Of a stretch of 64,000 bases of DNA, positions 38,829 to 49,348 are shown in pieces (within the stretch, counting starts at the first letter, position 1; the number at the start of each line of letters is the position of its first letter). Source of the DNA: Candidatus Doudnabacteria bacterium (GTDB lineage: Bacteria; Patescibacteriota; Doudnabacteria; UBA920; 2-01-FULL-46-14). Position numbers and translations under genes: made by a program. Location: the NCBI GenBank assembly GCA_041497195.1, contig JBGQGB010000002.1, forward strand, positions 108,140 through 172,139, read 5' to 3'. The notes under the pieces are model-generated. The model saw only the letters and a list, made by a program, of their open reading frames with translations, was not told the origin of the DNA and searched no databases.

Positions 38829-39098
38829 ATCGAAAAAAATAACAATACCAAAATTCGCTCCGAAGGCCGCAGGTCTATTGTAAAGGCCATCACTTATCGC
38901 ACGGTGGTCCTTTTGTCTGATGCAGTTGTGATTTATCTGTTCACGCGCCGCTATGACCTCACTATCGGCCTGATTGTTGCCACCAACCTCGCAAGTACGA
39001 TTTTGTATTTCATGCACGAGCGAGTTTGGGATCAGGTCCAGTGGGGCAGGAAACAAGTGGGGGATGGCTCGGACCACACCCCGGAATTGGGCGGTTGA
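38829..39098 (+). CDS. DUF2061 domain protein
   Basis: RRSIVKAITYR..ILYFMHERVW; the family N-motif lies upstream of the first canonical start (GTG 38904), so the start is uncertain. Confidence 0.75.
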   Translation: MEKNNNTKIRSEGRRSIVKAITYRTVVLLSDAVVIYLFTRRYDLTIGLIVATNLASTILYFMHERVWDQVQWGRKQVGDGSDHTPELGG

Positions 39099-39125
39099 GT
39101 CTCTAATCCGCTAGAGAAAAAATCT

Positions 39126-39473
39126 ATGTTTAAATTGTTTGGAGTGCTAATCTTGGTAGCTGGCGAAGCCACGGCTATTTATGCCGAGATGATTGCGGCC
39201 AGAAATTTCGGCACAGTAGACAGGCCGTTTTTGCAGGTCTTCCTGAAAGTTTTTTTGATCATGGTTTTGGCGGCAGGGATTCTGATGACAGGCTATATGC
39301 TCAATTATCGCTCGTTCAAGAACATTTGGGTCGTCAGTGTTATATCCATCACCTCGATTCTTTTTTTGGAACCCCTTCTGGCCTATACGCTTTTTCGTCA
39401 GTTGCCCACGCGCGGAGCGCTCATCGGTCTGGTCCTGGGCGCTTTGGGCTTTATCGCGACGATATTTTTTTAG
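39126..39473 (+). CDS. Small 4-TM membrane protein (SMR/EamA-half-like)
   Basis: GEATAIYAE in TM1; four hydrophobic segments. Confidence 0.6.
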   Translation: MFKLFGVLILVAGEATAIYAEMIAARNFGTVDRPFLQVFLKVFLIMVLAAGILMTGYMLNYRSFKNIWVVSVISITSILFLEPLLAYTLFRQLPTRGALIGLVLGALGFIATIFF

Positions 39474-39534
39474 AAATTTAGCAAGTTTTGGAGAAGACTT
39501 GGAAAGAGACTGTTTTTTATTTGTCGCATTGTAA

Positions 39535-39563
39535 TTGCAATAGAGTCTTTTTTTGTTTATACT
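39535..39563 (+). promoter_or_regulatory. Sigma70-like promoter
   Basis: TTGCAA-17 nt-TATACT. Confidence 0.6.
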
Positions 39564-39590
39564 GTAATGTCGTATGCTAAAGGAGGCATC

Positions 39591-39929
39591 ATGGCGAGAA
39601 AACGGAAGCCAAATTTGCGCAAAAAACGAAAGGTCAATCTCTATGTTTACTATAACTATGACGTTGGTGGGGGAGGACTCCCTTTCGGACACCAGAGAGA
39701 ATTCAGAGTTGAGTTAGAAATAGCAAAAGTGACTCTGGTAAGGCATCGGGCGGAAGCCAGAGAATTGAAGTCGTTAGTCGAAAAGCGCGGTGCTCCGATT
39801 GGGAAAAGAAAGTCTTTCCCCCGAGACAAGGGCTATTCACCTTCGAGTTATTCGCGGCAGTACTTGCTTCCGACCAACCACACGGTTCGGTCCCTCGAAG
39901 CCCGAATTCCTTACGTGGGCGTACTCTAG
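39591..39929 (+). CDS. Hypothetical basic protein
   Basis: AAGGAGG SD; own promoter and terminator. Confidence 0.55.
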   Translation: MARKRKPNLRKKRKVNLYVYYNYDVGGGGLPFGHQREFRVELEIAKVTLVRHRAEARELKSLVEKRGAPIGKRKSFPRDKGYSPSSYSRQYLLPTNHTVRSLEARIPYVGVL

Positions 39930-39951
39930 GCGCATCGGCAGGAGCAGCGTT

Positions 39952-39982
39952 AGAGGCGGGGCATGTCTGCACCGCCTCTTTT
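39952..39982 (+). terminator. Intrinsic terminator
   Basis: AGAGGCGG..CCGCCTCT-TTT. Confidence 0.65.
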
Positions 39983-40183
39983 CATTTGCTGTTTGATTGT
40001 ATACTTCCGGGTAGCAAAAAACGATCTATCTCCGGGATGTTTTTTTTCCATTTACAAATCCAATTTAGTTTTCAGCTTGACAAGATAGAGCGCAAGTATA
40101 AATATAACTAGTTACCGGTTTCTATTTCTATGCTAGATTAGTTTCCAGGTTCTTTGGAAAAGTCGCAGTGGAGGGGTGATGAG

Positions 40184-41239
40184 ATGGCCAAAAAGCATGC
40201 GGTGATTTTGTGTCTGACCCTCAGCTTTCTTTTCCCTGCTCATCCTTGCGCCCAGCAGTCGGGCGGTTCGGAGAACCAGGTGATCAAGGCAGATGTCAAG
40301 TTGGTGCAAGTCCCTGTGGTGGTTTTCGGGCCGAAAGGCGAAGTAGTCATAGATCTGAAGTGTGAGAACTTTCGGCTCTATGTGGACGGAGTCGAGCAGA
40401 AGATCAGTAACTGCTTGCACGACCCGGTTCCGCTTGCCATTGCCATAGTGGTAGATTTGAGCAGCAGTATGCGGCCTTATGTGACCTTTCTCCAAGAAGC
40501 CGTCTATGAGGCATTGGATGAGCCTCAGACAGACAACCAACTCCACAGGGAAGTTTACCGGGGCGACAAATTTATGGTCATCACCTTTGCCAGCCGAGCG
40601 AGCCTCAAGATTGCGTTCACGAGCGATCGCGAGGAAGTCAAAAAACAGCTCCCGCGCGTCTTAATCGTTGACACAAAAGGAACGACTGCGCTGTATGACG
40701 CCCTATATTTGGGTGTCAAAGAGGTCCAGGCAAAAGCAGGTAACATCCGGCGTGTTGTCATAGTGGTTACGGATGGGGTGGACAATCACTCCCGGTACAA
40801 GCCCAGAGATATCAGAGCGATGTTGAAGGAGGTCAAGGACACACAGGTTTTTTCAATCACCGCGGTGTATGATTTTTTTCTCGATTTGCTCCATGCGTTC
40901 GACGGCCGTGTAAAAGTGGAGGCCGCTGAATACGAAATCAGCGAGAAGGAGCGTCAAGGCCCTAAAGTTCTCAAGAATCTCACTGAAGCGGCCGGAGGAG
41001 AAGCTTTCAATGCCTACACTCCAGGGGATATTCCGCGGATCGTGCGCAGCATTTTATATGCTGCCCGGCACGAGTATTACCTGACTTTTGTTCCAGAGGA
41101 TGAAGAATCCGGTCAGCCGGCCGACATTGACCGAACGCATAAAATCAAGGTCGTGCTAGTCCCGGAGGACAAGTATGGACGAGTCAAGGGTTATCAAGTG
41201 ATTCCAGGCAGGCGCAGTTATTATCGACCAGGCAAGTAG
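40184..41239 (+). CDS. Exported VWA domain protein (Acidobacteria-type VWFA-related)
   Basis: Signal peptide; IKADVKLVQVPVVV..DL..ENFRLYVDGVEQKI; MIDAS DLSSSM; TALYDAL; VTDGVDNHSR. Confidence 0.85.
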   Translation: MAKKHAVILCLTLSFLFPAHPCAQQSGGSENQVIKADVKLVQVPVVVFGPKGEVVIDLKCENFRLYVDGVEQKISNCLHDPVPLAIAIVVDLSSSMRPYVTFLQEAVYEALDEPQTDNQLHREVYRGDKFMVITFASRASLKIAFTSDREEVKKQLPRVLIVDTKGTTALYDALYLGVKEVQAKAGNIRRVVIVVTDGVDNHSRYKPRDIRAMLKEVKDTQVFSITAVYDFFLDLLHAFDGRVKVEAAEYEISEKERQGPKVLKNLTEAAGGEAFNAYTPGDIPRIVRSILYAARHEYYLTFVPEDEESGQPADIDRTHKIKVVLVPEDKYGRVKGYQVIPGRRSYYRPGK

Positions 41240-41256
41240 ATGACACGATTTTCAGC

Positions 41257-41296
41257 AGGCTGGGATGTGGGCTTTTCGCCACTCCCAGCCTATTTT
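41257..41296 (+). terminator. Intrinsic terminator
   Basis: AGGCTGGGA..TCCCAGCCT-ATTTT. Confidence 0.7.
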
Positions 41297-41310
41297 AATT
41301 TTCAAATCAA

Positions 41311-41337
41311 AAAACACCCTCAGTGAGAGGGCGTTTT
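41311..41337 (-). terminator. Intrinsic terminator of the SIMPL gene
   Basis: AAAACACCCTC..GAGGGCGTTTT, T-run on the minus strand. Confidence 0.6.
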
Positions 41338-41359
41338 CCGTTTGATTGGTTCTTGGGAT

Positions 41360-42121
41360 TTAGTTTAGCTCAAAAGTGACATTTACGTCAACTATGACGT
41401 CTTGCGAGCCAGGCTGGACCGGGGAGGGCACGCTGCCCCCACCGCCGAAACCGATGGCTTTCGTATCAGCTGCGTAGGGGATGGGCCCGGGGTAGCCGGT
41501 GTTTTCGGAAAAATTAACGACTTTGCCAAGCTTAACTCCCAGGGAATTGGCGAGGTCCTGGGCTTTGGCCTTGGCTTTCTGAATAGCTTGCTCGCGGGCC
41601 TGGGCTTTGATGGCATCCGGGTCATCAATGAAATAGGAGAGTGCATCAATTTGGTTGACCCCTTTGCCGGTGAGGCCGCCGACCAGCTGCCCGGCCTGGT
41701 CGAGTTTTCTGACTTTGACCGTGACGTTTTGATTGAGGGTGTAGCCGACGATGGTTTGTTGTTCAATGCTAGTCGGTTTTGAGTAGTCGTACTGCGGGTA
41801 GAGATTGTAGTTTGAGGTCTGAATGTCTTTGGTCTCGATCCCGAAAGTCTTCAAATAGGCTATCACTGTGGCCATTTTCTGATCATTGGTTTTCTGTACC
41901 TCGGCCGCAGTTTTCCCGCTGGTCACCACTGAAAAAGACGCCGAGGCCGTATCGGGCTGGGCTGAGACCTTGCCTTCTGCCGTCATATTGATGGTGCGAA
42001 TTTTACTGATGTCCACTTGCTGAGGCCAGGTGTTGCGGATGAGCAAGCCGACAAAAGCGATTAAAAGTAGACCTAGTAGAGAGCCCAATATCGCAAGCGC
42101 GTTTTTGAGATTGTTGTTCAT
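41360..42121 (-). CDS. SIMPL domain (DUF541) protein
   Basis: GKVSAQPD, DIQTSNYNLYPQYDY, AREQAIQKAKAKA, PGSQDV. Confidence 0.9.
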   Translation of the reverse strand: MNNNLKNALAILGSLLGLLLIAFVGLLIRNTWPQQVDISKIRTINMTAEGKVSAQPDTASASFSVVTSGKTAAEVQKTNDQKMATVIAYLKTFGIETKDIQTSNYNLYPQYDYSKPTSIEQQTIVGYTLNQNVTVKVRKLDQAGQLVGGLTGKGVNQIDALSYFIDDPDAIKAQAREQAIQKAKAKAQDLANSLGVKLGKVVNFSENTGYPGPIPYAADTKAIGFGGGGSVPSPVQPGSQDVIVDVNVTFELN

Positions 42122-42273
42122 AGGTTAATCTTAATAATTCTAGGTTCATAATACCAGTCCTGTGGGAAAGGGCAAATCAAAGAGCAGTCTGAAAATGTCC
42201 TGCGACCCATATCAAATGCTTCTCTGATATTTCGTTGTTTTTCCTCACATTTGTTGGTATCATAATGCCACTT

Positions 42274-42479
42274 GCCGACCTAGCTCAATTGGCAGACCTG
42301 CCCGCCCTCGCCCAAGCCCACGTAGCTCAATTGGTAGAGCAACGGTATCGTAAACCGTAGGTTCTCGGTTCAATTCCGAGCGTGGGCTCGGGCGTAGGCA
42401 GGCGGGGCAGCACCTTTCCGCCAAAGGCGGATAAACTTCAAGCGAAGGTCGTCACGAACGTTAGTCGGGACCATCGGCT
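42274..42479 (+). pseudogene. Decayed tRNA-Thr-like gene interrupted by three palindromic inserts, one enclosing an intact tRNA
   Basis: GCCGACC TA GCTC AATTGGCA GA[insert 42297-42406]GC A GCACC TT[TCCGCCAAAGGCGGA]TAA..AAGCGAAGGTC GTC[..]GAC CATCGGC T; acceptor pairs 5 of 7. Confidence 0.65.
42316..42388 (+). tRNA. tRNA-Thr(CGT), CCA not encoded
   Basis: GCCCACG/CGTGGGC acceptor stem; ACGGT-ATCGTAA-ACCGT; CTCGG-TTCAATT-CCGAG. Confidence 0.93.
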
Positions 42480-42649
42480 TTGAAAAAAACGAAGAGAGCA
42501 AACCCCGCAGGTTCAGGCAAAAATAGGTCCTGGTGTCAAGCCCCCAATGTCTTGACACCAAGCGCTCAAACAAGAGAAAATTCAGGTGGTATGATCCTTC
42601 AAAAGCTTTGCAAATAAGGCTTTTTTTGTTATAATTAGCCTCAAGAACC

Positions 42650-42892
42650 ATGGAAGACATTCAAAAAGACGGGAAACAAAAAACAGGCCTAAATAAATCA
42701 GCTCTGGTCTCGATTGCTTTTGAGCTCGGGTTCATTATCGCGCTTCCAGTCCTGGTATTTGGGTTTTTGGGCAAGTGGCTGGACCAAAAAGCCGGCACCT
42801 ACCCGATCTTGACCCTGGTGGGGATTCTCGGAGCAATCACTATGACGAGCATTTGGATCTACCGAAAGTTTAGAGTTTATGTACAAAAATAA
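42650..42892 (+). CDS. AtpZ/AtpI family protein
   Basis: ELGFIIALP..GKWLD..GTYP; first gene of the atp operon. Confidence 0.85.
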   Translation: MEDIQKDGKQKTGLNKSALVSIAFELGFIIALPVLVFGFLGKWLDQKAGTYPILTLVGILGAITMTSIWIYRKFRVYVQK

Positions 42893-43693
42893 ATGTTGAC
42901 TATTCCGCCCTTGGCGGCTGAGACAATTTTCAAAATCGGTTCGTTTCCGATTACCAATACCTACATCAATTCCACGATTGTGCTGGTGCTGTTTTTGATT
43001 TTGGGTTTGCTGATGCGAAAAAAGTCAGCCGAGATTCCGGGCAAGCTGCAAAATTTTATGGAAAGTATCTTCGAAGTTTGCTTGAAATATGTGGACCAGG
43101 TCACACACGATCGCAAGAAGTCTCTCCGTTTTCTCCCACTCGTCGGTTCGCTGTTTTTCTTTATCCTGCTTTCCAACTGGTTTGGCATCCTCCCAGGCGT
43201 GGGCTCCATTGGCCGGTATATCACTGAAGCGGGCCATACGGAATTTGTGCCCTTGTTTCGCCCTGCCAACACTGACCTTAATACGACACTTGCGATGGCC
43301 GCCCTGGGCGTGGTCGCGAGCCATATCTTCGGTATCATCGCCATCGGTTTTTGGAAATATGCCAACAAGTTCATCAAGCTTGGAGACATCTGGACAAGCT
43401 TTCGCCACGGCGGGGTCAGTATTTTTGTATCCTTCGTCGAGTTTGGCGTCGGGATTATCGAGATTTTTTCGGAAATCGCCAAAGTCGTATCCCTGTCGTT
43501 GCGGTTGTTCGGCAATGTTTTTGCGGGCGAGGTCCTGCTGTCGGTATTGGCGAGTCTGATTGCCTTGGTGGTGCCATTGCCGTTTATAGCACTTGAGGTT
43601 TTGATTGGGTTTATCCAAGCCCTGGTGTTTTCGATGCTGGTCTTGGTCTACCTGACAGTGGCGACCATGGAAGTGGAAGAAGCTCATCATTAG
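42893..43693 (+). CDS. atpB: F0F1 ATP synthase subunit a
   Basis: SNWFGILPG, SLSLRLFGNVFAGE, IQALVFSML. Confidence 0.96.
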   Translation: MLTIPPLAAETIFKIGSFPITNTYINSTIVLVLFLILGLLMRKKSAEIPGKLQNFMESIFEVCLKYVDQVTHDRKKSLRFLPLVGSLFFFILLSNWFGILPGVGSIGRYITEAGHTEFVPLFRPANTDLNTTLAMAALGVVASHIFGIIAIGFWKYANKFIKLGDIWTSFRHGGVSIFVSFVEFGVGIIEIFSEIAKVVSLSLRLFGNVFAGEVLLSVLASLIALVVPLPFIALEVLIGFIQALVFSMLVLVYLTVATMEVEEAHH

Positions 43694-43782
43694 TTTGATA
43701 ATTAATTATTTTAATTCTCAACCGACGCAATAAACCAAAAACCATAAAACCGTCGAGTATGAGAAAAAGAAAGGAATAAAAA

Positions 43783-44004
43783 ATGCTAGATGCACAAACG
43801 ACTGCGACTATCGTCAAAGGCATGACTATTGCCATTGGCGGAATAGCACCGGCCATCGCCATCGGCAAAACCGCCAGCAAGGCCATGGAGTCCATCGGCC
43901 GCAACCCGGAATCAGCGGACAAGATTTTTGTCCCGATGTTGCTGGGTATGGCCTTCGCGGAAGCTATCGCCATTTACGCCCTGGTCATTACGTTCATTCT
44001 CTAA
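43783..44004 (+). CDS. atpE: F0F1 ATP synthase subunit c
   Basis: IGRNPE, MAFAEAIAIY. Confidence 0.96.
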   Translation: MLDAQTTATIVKGMTIAIGGIAPAIAIGKTASKAMESIGRNPESADKIFVPMLLGMAFAEAIAIYALVITFIL

Positions 44005-44007
44005 ACG

Positions 44008-44562
44008 ATGATTTTACACCACCTCATTGTTTTTGCCGCCGCGGAAACGGCTCAGACCGGAAGCCAGCCCAGTTTCTTGGCGACTCTCGGGATCAACTGG
44101 AAATTGTTTCTGGCCCAGCTGGTGAATTTTGCAATCGTGATTTTTGTCCTGTGGCGCTGGGTGATGAAACCAGTCGTCGGTGCTTTGGAAGCGCGGCGGC
44201 AAAAAATTGAGGATTCGGTGCGGCAAGCCCAAGAAATAGAAACAAGGATGAAAGCGTTTGAAACCGAACGCGACCAGAAGTTTCAGCTAGCGCGCGTAGA
44301 AGCGGAAGCAATCCTGAAAAAAGCGACCGCGTCGGCTGACAGCGCTCGCCAGGAAATAACTTTGCAGGCGCGCGCGGAAGCAGAACGTATTTTGGCCGCT
44401 GCCAAGGCGGCGATTGAGGCAGACAAGCAGCAGATGTTGTCGGAGATCCGCGAGGAGGTGGCGAGTTTTACGGTCATGGCGACTGAGAAAATTTTACGAG
44501 AAAAATTGGGCAGTCAAAAGGATAAAGAATTGATTCAGGAGGTTTTCAAATCGCTGAAATGA
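44008..44562 (+). CDS. atpF: F0F1 ATP synthase subunit b
   Basis: LGINWKLFLAQLVNF..KP..LEARRQKI; coiled coil. Confidence 0.95.
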   Translation: MILHHLIVFAAAETAQTGSQPSFLATLGINWKLFLAQLVNFAIVIFVLWRWVMKPVVGALEARRQKIEDSVRQAQEIETRMKAFETERDQKFQLARVEAEAILKKATASADSARQEITLQARAEAERILAAAKAAIEADKQQMLSEIREEVASFTVMATEKILREKLGSQKDKELIQEVFKSLK

Positions 44563-44957
44563 AATACACTACCTCACAATACGCAATGGCGCTGCATCAG
44601 GCTATAGCGGAAACAAAACCCATTGACCAGGAGAAAGTTTTGGACAATTTCGTCTCAGTTTTGAAAAAAAACGGCGATCTCGCCAAGATTGATGAGATTG
44701 AGAGAGAATTTTTTAAATACGAGCGTGAAGCCAAAGGTATCAAGCTGGCGGAAGTGACCACCGCGAAGCGGCTTTCCGGCAGCGATGAGGAGAAACTTAT
44801 AAAAGATTTAAACGAGTATGTAAGCGGGCAGGTGGAACTGAAGACAAAGGTGGATGAAGGTCTGGTTGGTGGCATTGTCATCCGCCTCGGGGATGAGATG
44901 ATTGACGGCTCAGTCAGAAAGAGCCTGCGCGAGTTAAAAAACGAGCTTATTAAATAA
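44559..44957 (+). CDS. atpH: F0F1 ATP synthase subunit delta (short form)
   Basis: YAMAL, VDEGLVGGIVIRLGDEMIDGSV. Confidence 0.93.
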   Translation: MKYTTSQYAMALHQAIAETKPIDQEKVLDNFVSVLKKNGDLAKIDEIEREFFKYEREAKGIKLAEVTTAKRLSGSDEEKLIKDLNEYVSGQVELKTKVDEGLVGGIVIRLGDEMIDGSVRKSLRELKNELIK

Positions 44958-44984
44958 TTTTTTTTGGAAGAAAGATCTATACAG

Positions 44985-46493
44985 ATGAAAGCAGACAAAA
45001 TCATTGAAGATCTGAAAAGCCGCATTGCGGGATTTGCGCCGTCCGTTAAAGTGGAGAAGGTTGGTGAGATCCTCGACATGGGTGACGGCGTGGCGCGAGT
45101 CTCCGGCCTCACTCAGATCACAGCGCAGGAGATGGTTGAAATCGAAACCGCAGAAGGCAGGGTTTTGGGTGTAGCTTTCAACCTGCAGGACACACAGGTT
45201 GGGGTCGTCGTCTTTGGCAATCAGGAACACATTAAAGAAGGAAATTTGGTTCACGCTACGGGCCGGATTTTGTCCGTGCCTGTGGGCGAGGGGATTGTCG
45301 GACGGGTGGTGAATGCTTTGGGCGAGCCTGTGGACGGCAAAGGGGCGATCAAATCCTCCAAATTTTACCCGGTGGAAAAAATTGCGCCTGGGGTCATCAC
45401 CCGGGAGTCCGTGCGCCAGCCTGTCCAGACCGGCATAAAAGCGATTGACGCGATGATCCCGATCGGCCGCGGTCAGCGGGAACTGATCATTGGCGATCGG
45501 CAAACTGGCAAAACTGCCATAGCCATCGATGCAATCATCAATCAAAAAGGTCAGAATATGATTTGCATTTATGTGGCCATCGGGCAAAAAGAGTCGAAGA
45601 TCGCCAAGATCGTCAAAGAACTCGAAAAGCGCGGGGCCATGGAATACACGAGCGTGGTTTTGGCCGGCGCCGCGGAGCCGGCGGCCATGTCTTACATAGC
45701 GCCATATGCCGGGTGCGCCATGGGGGAATACTTTATGGATCAGGGCAAAGACGTTTTGGTGATTTACGACGATTTGTCCAAGCACGCAGTAGCTTATCGC
45801 GAGATTTCCTTGCTCTTGCGGCGGCCGCCGGGACGCGAAGCTTATCCAGGGGACGTTTTTTATCTCCATTCCAGGCTTCTGGAACGCGCGGCCAAATTGA
45901 ACAAGGATTTTGGCGGCGGTAGTCTCACGGCTTTGCCCATCATTGAGACCCAGGCCGGGGACAATTCGGCGTATATCCCGACCAATGTCATTTCTATCAC
46001 AGACGGGCAAATATATCTGGAAACCGATTTGTTTTACCAGGGCATCCGGCCAGCGCTCAACGTTGGTCTATCAGTATCGCGTGTCGGTTCGTCCGCGCAA
46101 ATCAAGGCGATGAAAAAGGTCGCCGGCAAACTGCGTCTCGACCTCGCCCAATATCGCTCGATGGAAGCGTTTGCTCAGTTTGCCTCGGATCTCGACGAAG
46201 CGACCAGACATCAGATCGAGCGCGGCCGTCGCGTCACCGAAGTCCTCAAGCAGCCCCAGTATATGCCCGTCCCTGTCGAAAATCAGGTTGCCATCATTTA
46301 TGCTGTGACCAACGGATATCTCGACGATGTGCCAGTGGAAAAAATTAGCGAATTCGAAATGCGTTTTCAGGAATATCTCAAGGCCAATGGCCGCGATTTG
46401 CTCAATCATATTCGGGTGAAAAAAGAGTTGGAAGGGGAGATGGAAGAAAAGCTCAAGCGCCTCGTCGAAGAATTCAAAAAACTTTTTAGATAA
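44985..46493 (+). CDS. atpA: F0F1 ATP synthase subunit alpha
   Basis: [31 protein letters not shown]. Confidence 0.98.
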   Translation: MKADKIIEDLKSRIAGFAPSVKVEKVGEILDMGDGVARVSGLTQITAQEMVEIETAEGRVLGVAFNLQDTQVGVVVFGNQEHIKEGNLVHATGRILSVPVGEGIVGRVVNALGEPVDGKGAIKSSKFYPVEKIAPGVITRESVRQPVQTGIKAIDAMIPIGRGQRELIIGDRQTGKTAIAIDAIINQKGQNMICIYVAIGQKESKIAKIVKELEKRGAMEYTSVVLAGAAEPAAMSYIAPYAGCAMGEYFMDQGKDVLVIYDDLSKHAVAYREISLLLRRPPGREAYPGDVFYLHSRLLERAAKLNKDFGGGSLTALPIIETQAGDNSAYIPTNVISITDGQIYLETDLFYQGIRPALNVGLSVSRVGSSAQIKAMKKVAGKLRLDLAQYRSMEAFAQFASDLDEATRHQIERGRRVTEVLKQPQYMPVPVENQVAIIYAVTNGYLDDVPVEKISEFEMRFQEYLKANGRDLLNHIRVKKELEGEMEEKLKRLVEEFKKLFR

Positions 46494-46497
46494 ATCT

Positions 46498-47403
46498 ATG
46501 CCCGCCACGAAAGATATCCGCCGCAGAATCAAGTCAATCAAATCCACCCGCCAGATTACCAAGGCCATGGAGCTTGTTTCAGCTGCCAAAATGAGAAAGG
46601 CCCAAGCGCAGGCTCTGGGCACCAGAACTTACGCGCAACTCTCACAGGAATTACTCCGAAAGCTGTCCAGCAAAATTCACCCGCAAGCCCACGCGCTCTT
46701 GCGCCGCCCGAAAGAAAGCAATACAGTCGCTGTGATAGTCATCGCGTCGAATCGCGGTCTCATCGGCGGTTTCAACAACAATGTCATCAATAATGCGCTC
46801 AATTACACCAAACAAGCGAACGCCAAAAAGTTTGAGTTCATTCCTTTGGGAAAAAAAGCTCAAAACGCTTTGTTAAAGAAAGGCCAAACTATCGCTGCGC
46901 AGTTTGAGAAAAAGGATTCAGGAATTTCCGAGATAGATGTCTTGCCTTTGGTCAAGCTAGTTACTGATGATTTTGTGGCTGGCAAGTATGATAGAGTCGT
47001 TTTGGTATATATGGATTTTGTCAGCACTTTAGTGCAGCGTCCTGTTATTCGCGAGTTGTTGCCCCTCTCCGACCAAGTTGTCGCTGCCACCGTTGCTTCA
47101 GGTCAGGATTGGGAGGATGAGGAAGGCGACTACATAAACAATACGGATTATCTTTTTGAGCCTGACCCTGATCAAGTTTTGGAAAATTTGTTGCCGAGGT
47201 TGGTGGAAATCCAGATTTATCAGGCTCTTCTGGAAACAAATGCCGCCGAGCACTCGGCTCGGATGGTAACGATGAAAAACGCTACGGATGCTGCCGGTGA
47301 TCTTGTGGATGAATTGATTTTTGAATACAACCAACTGCGGCAAGCTGCCATTACCAAAGAGATTAGCGAAATTGTTTCCGGGCAGCTGGTCCTAAGCAAA
47401 TAA
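46498..47403 (+). CDS. atpG: F0F1 ATP synthase subunit gamma
   Basis: ITKAMELVSAAK, EHSARMVTMKNATD, RQAAITKEISEIVSG. Confidence 0.98.
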   Translation: MPATKDIRRRIKSIKSTRQITKAMELVSAAKMRKAQAQALGTRTYAQLSQELLRKLSSKIHPQAHALLRRPKESNTVAVIVIASNRGLIGGFNNNVINNALNYTKQANAKKFEFIPLGKKAQNALLKKGQTIAAQFEKKDSGISEIDVLPLVKLVTDDFVAGKYDRVVLVYMDFVSTLVQRPVIRELLPLSDQVVAATVASGQDWEDEEGDYINNTDYLFEPDPDQVLENLLPRLVEIQIYQALLETNAAEHSARMVTMKNATDAAGDLVDELIFEYNQLRQAAITKEISEIVSGQLVLSK

Positions 47404-47440
47404 TTTAGGCAGCTGATAAAGAAAGTCTCAGATTTATTGA

Positions 47441-48874
<1,434 letters not shown>

Positions 48875-48913
48875 ATTTTTCGTCCCAGGCATTTTTTTCC
48901 AAGGCACAAACCA

Positions 48914-49348
48914 ATGGCAAAGCTAAACTTTAGGATAGCCACGCCCGAGCGCGTGGTCTACGAATCCGAGGTCGAACAGGTCACCTGCATGACGCAAATG
49001 GGCGAAGTGACGATTTTGCCAAACCATATCCCTTTGGTCGCGACCCTCGTGCCAGGAGAGCTGAAAGTTATCGAAACAGGAAGTCAGAAGTACATGTCGG
49101 TGGCCGGCGGTTTTTTGGAGGTGCGGCCAAACAACGAAGTCGTCATTTTGGCTGATGCCGCAGAGCATGCCGAGGAAATCGACCTGGCCCGTGCCGAAGA
49201 AGCCAGAAAACGGGCCAAAGAGCTCATGAAAGAGCCGGCCCAGGGCGGCGGGACCATAGCCGAGGCGCAGGCCCTGCTGGAGCGTTCTCTTGCGAGAATT
49301 AAGGTGGGAAAGCGGAGGAAATACAAAGATGTCGGGCGACGTCCTTAA
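48914..49348 (+). CDS. atpC: F0F1 ATP synthase subunit epsilon
   Basis: ATPER, GEVTILPNHIPL, GGFLEV, EIDLARAEEA. Confidence 0.96.
   Translation: MAKLNFRIATPERVVYESEVEQVTCMTQMGEVTILPNHIPLVATLVPGELKVIETGSQKYMSVAGGFLEVRPNNEVVILADAAEHAEEIDLARAEEARKRAKELMKEPAQGGGTIAEAQALLERSLARIKVGKRRKYKDVGRRP

Noticed and set aside
42297-42406. Spliceable tRNA intron (group I or BHB type) yielding a functional outer tRNA
   Set aside because: No group I core or bulge-helix-bulge is visible. The outer acceptor and anticodon stems are mismatched and the TTC loop is lost, so a relic is more likely.
42444-42600. 6S RNA
   Set aside because: The ends can pair, but I could not fold the interior into the long rod with a central bubble.
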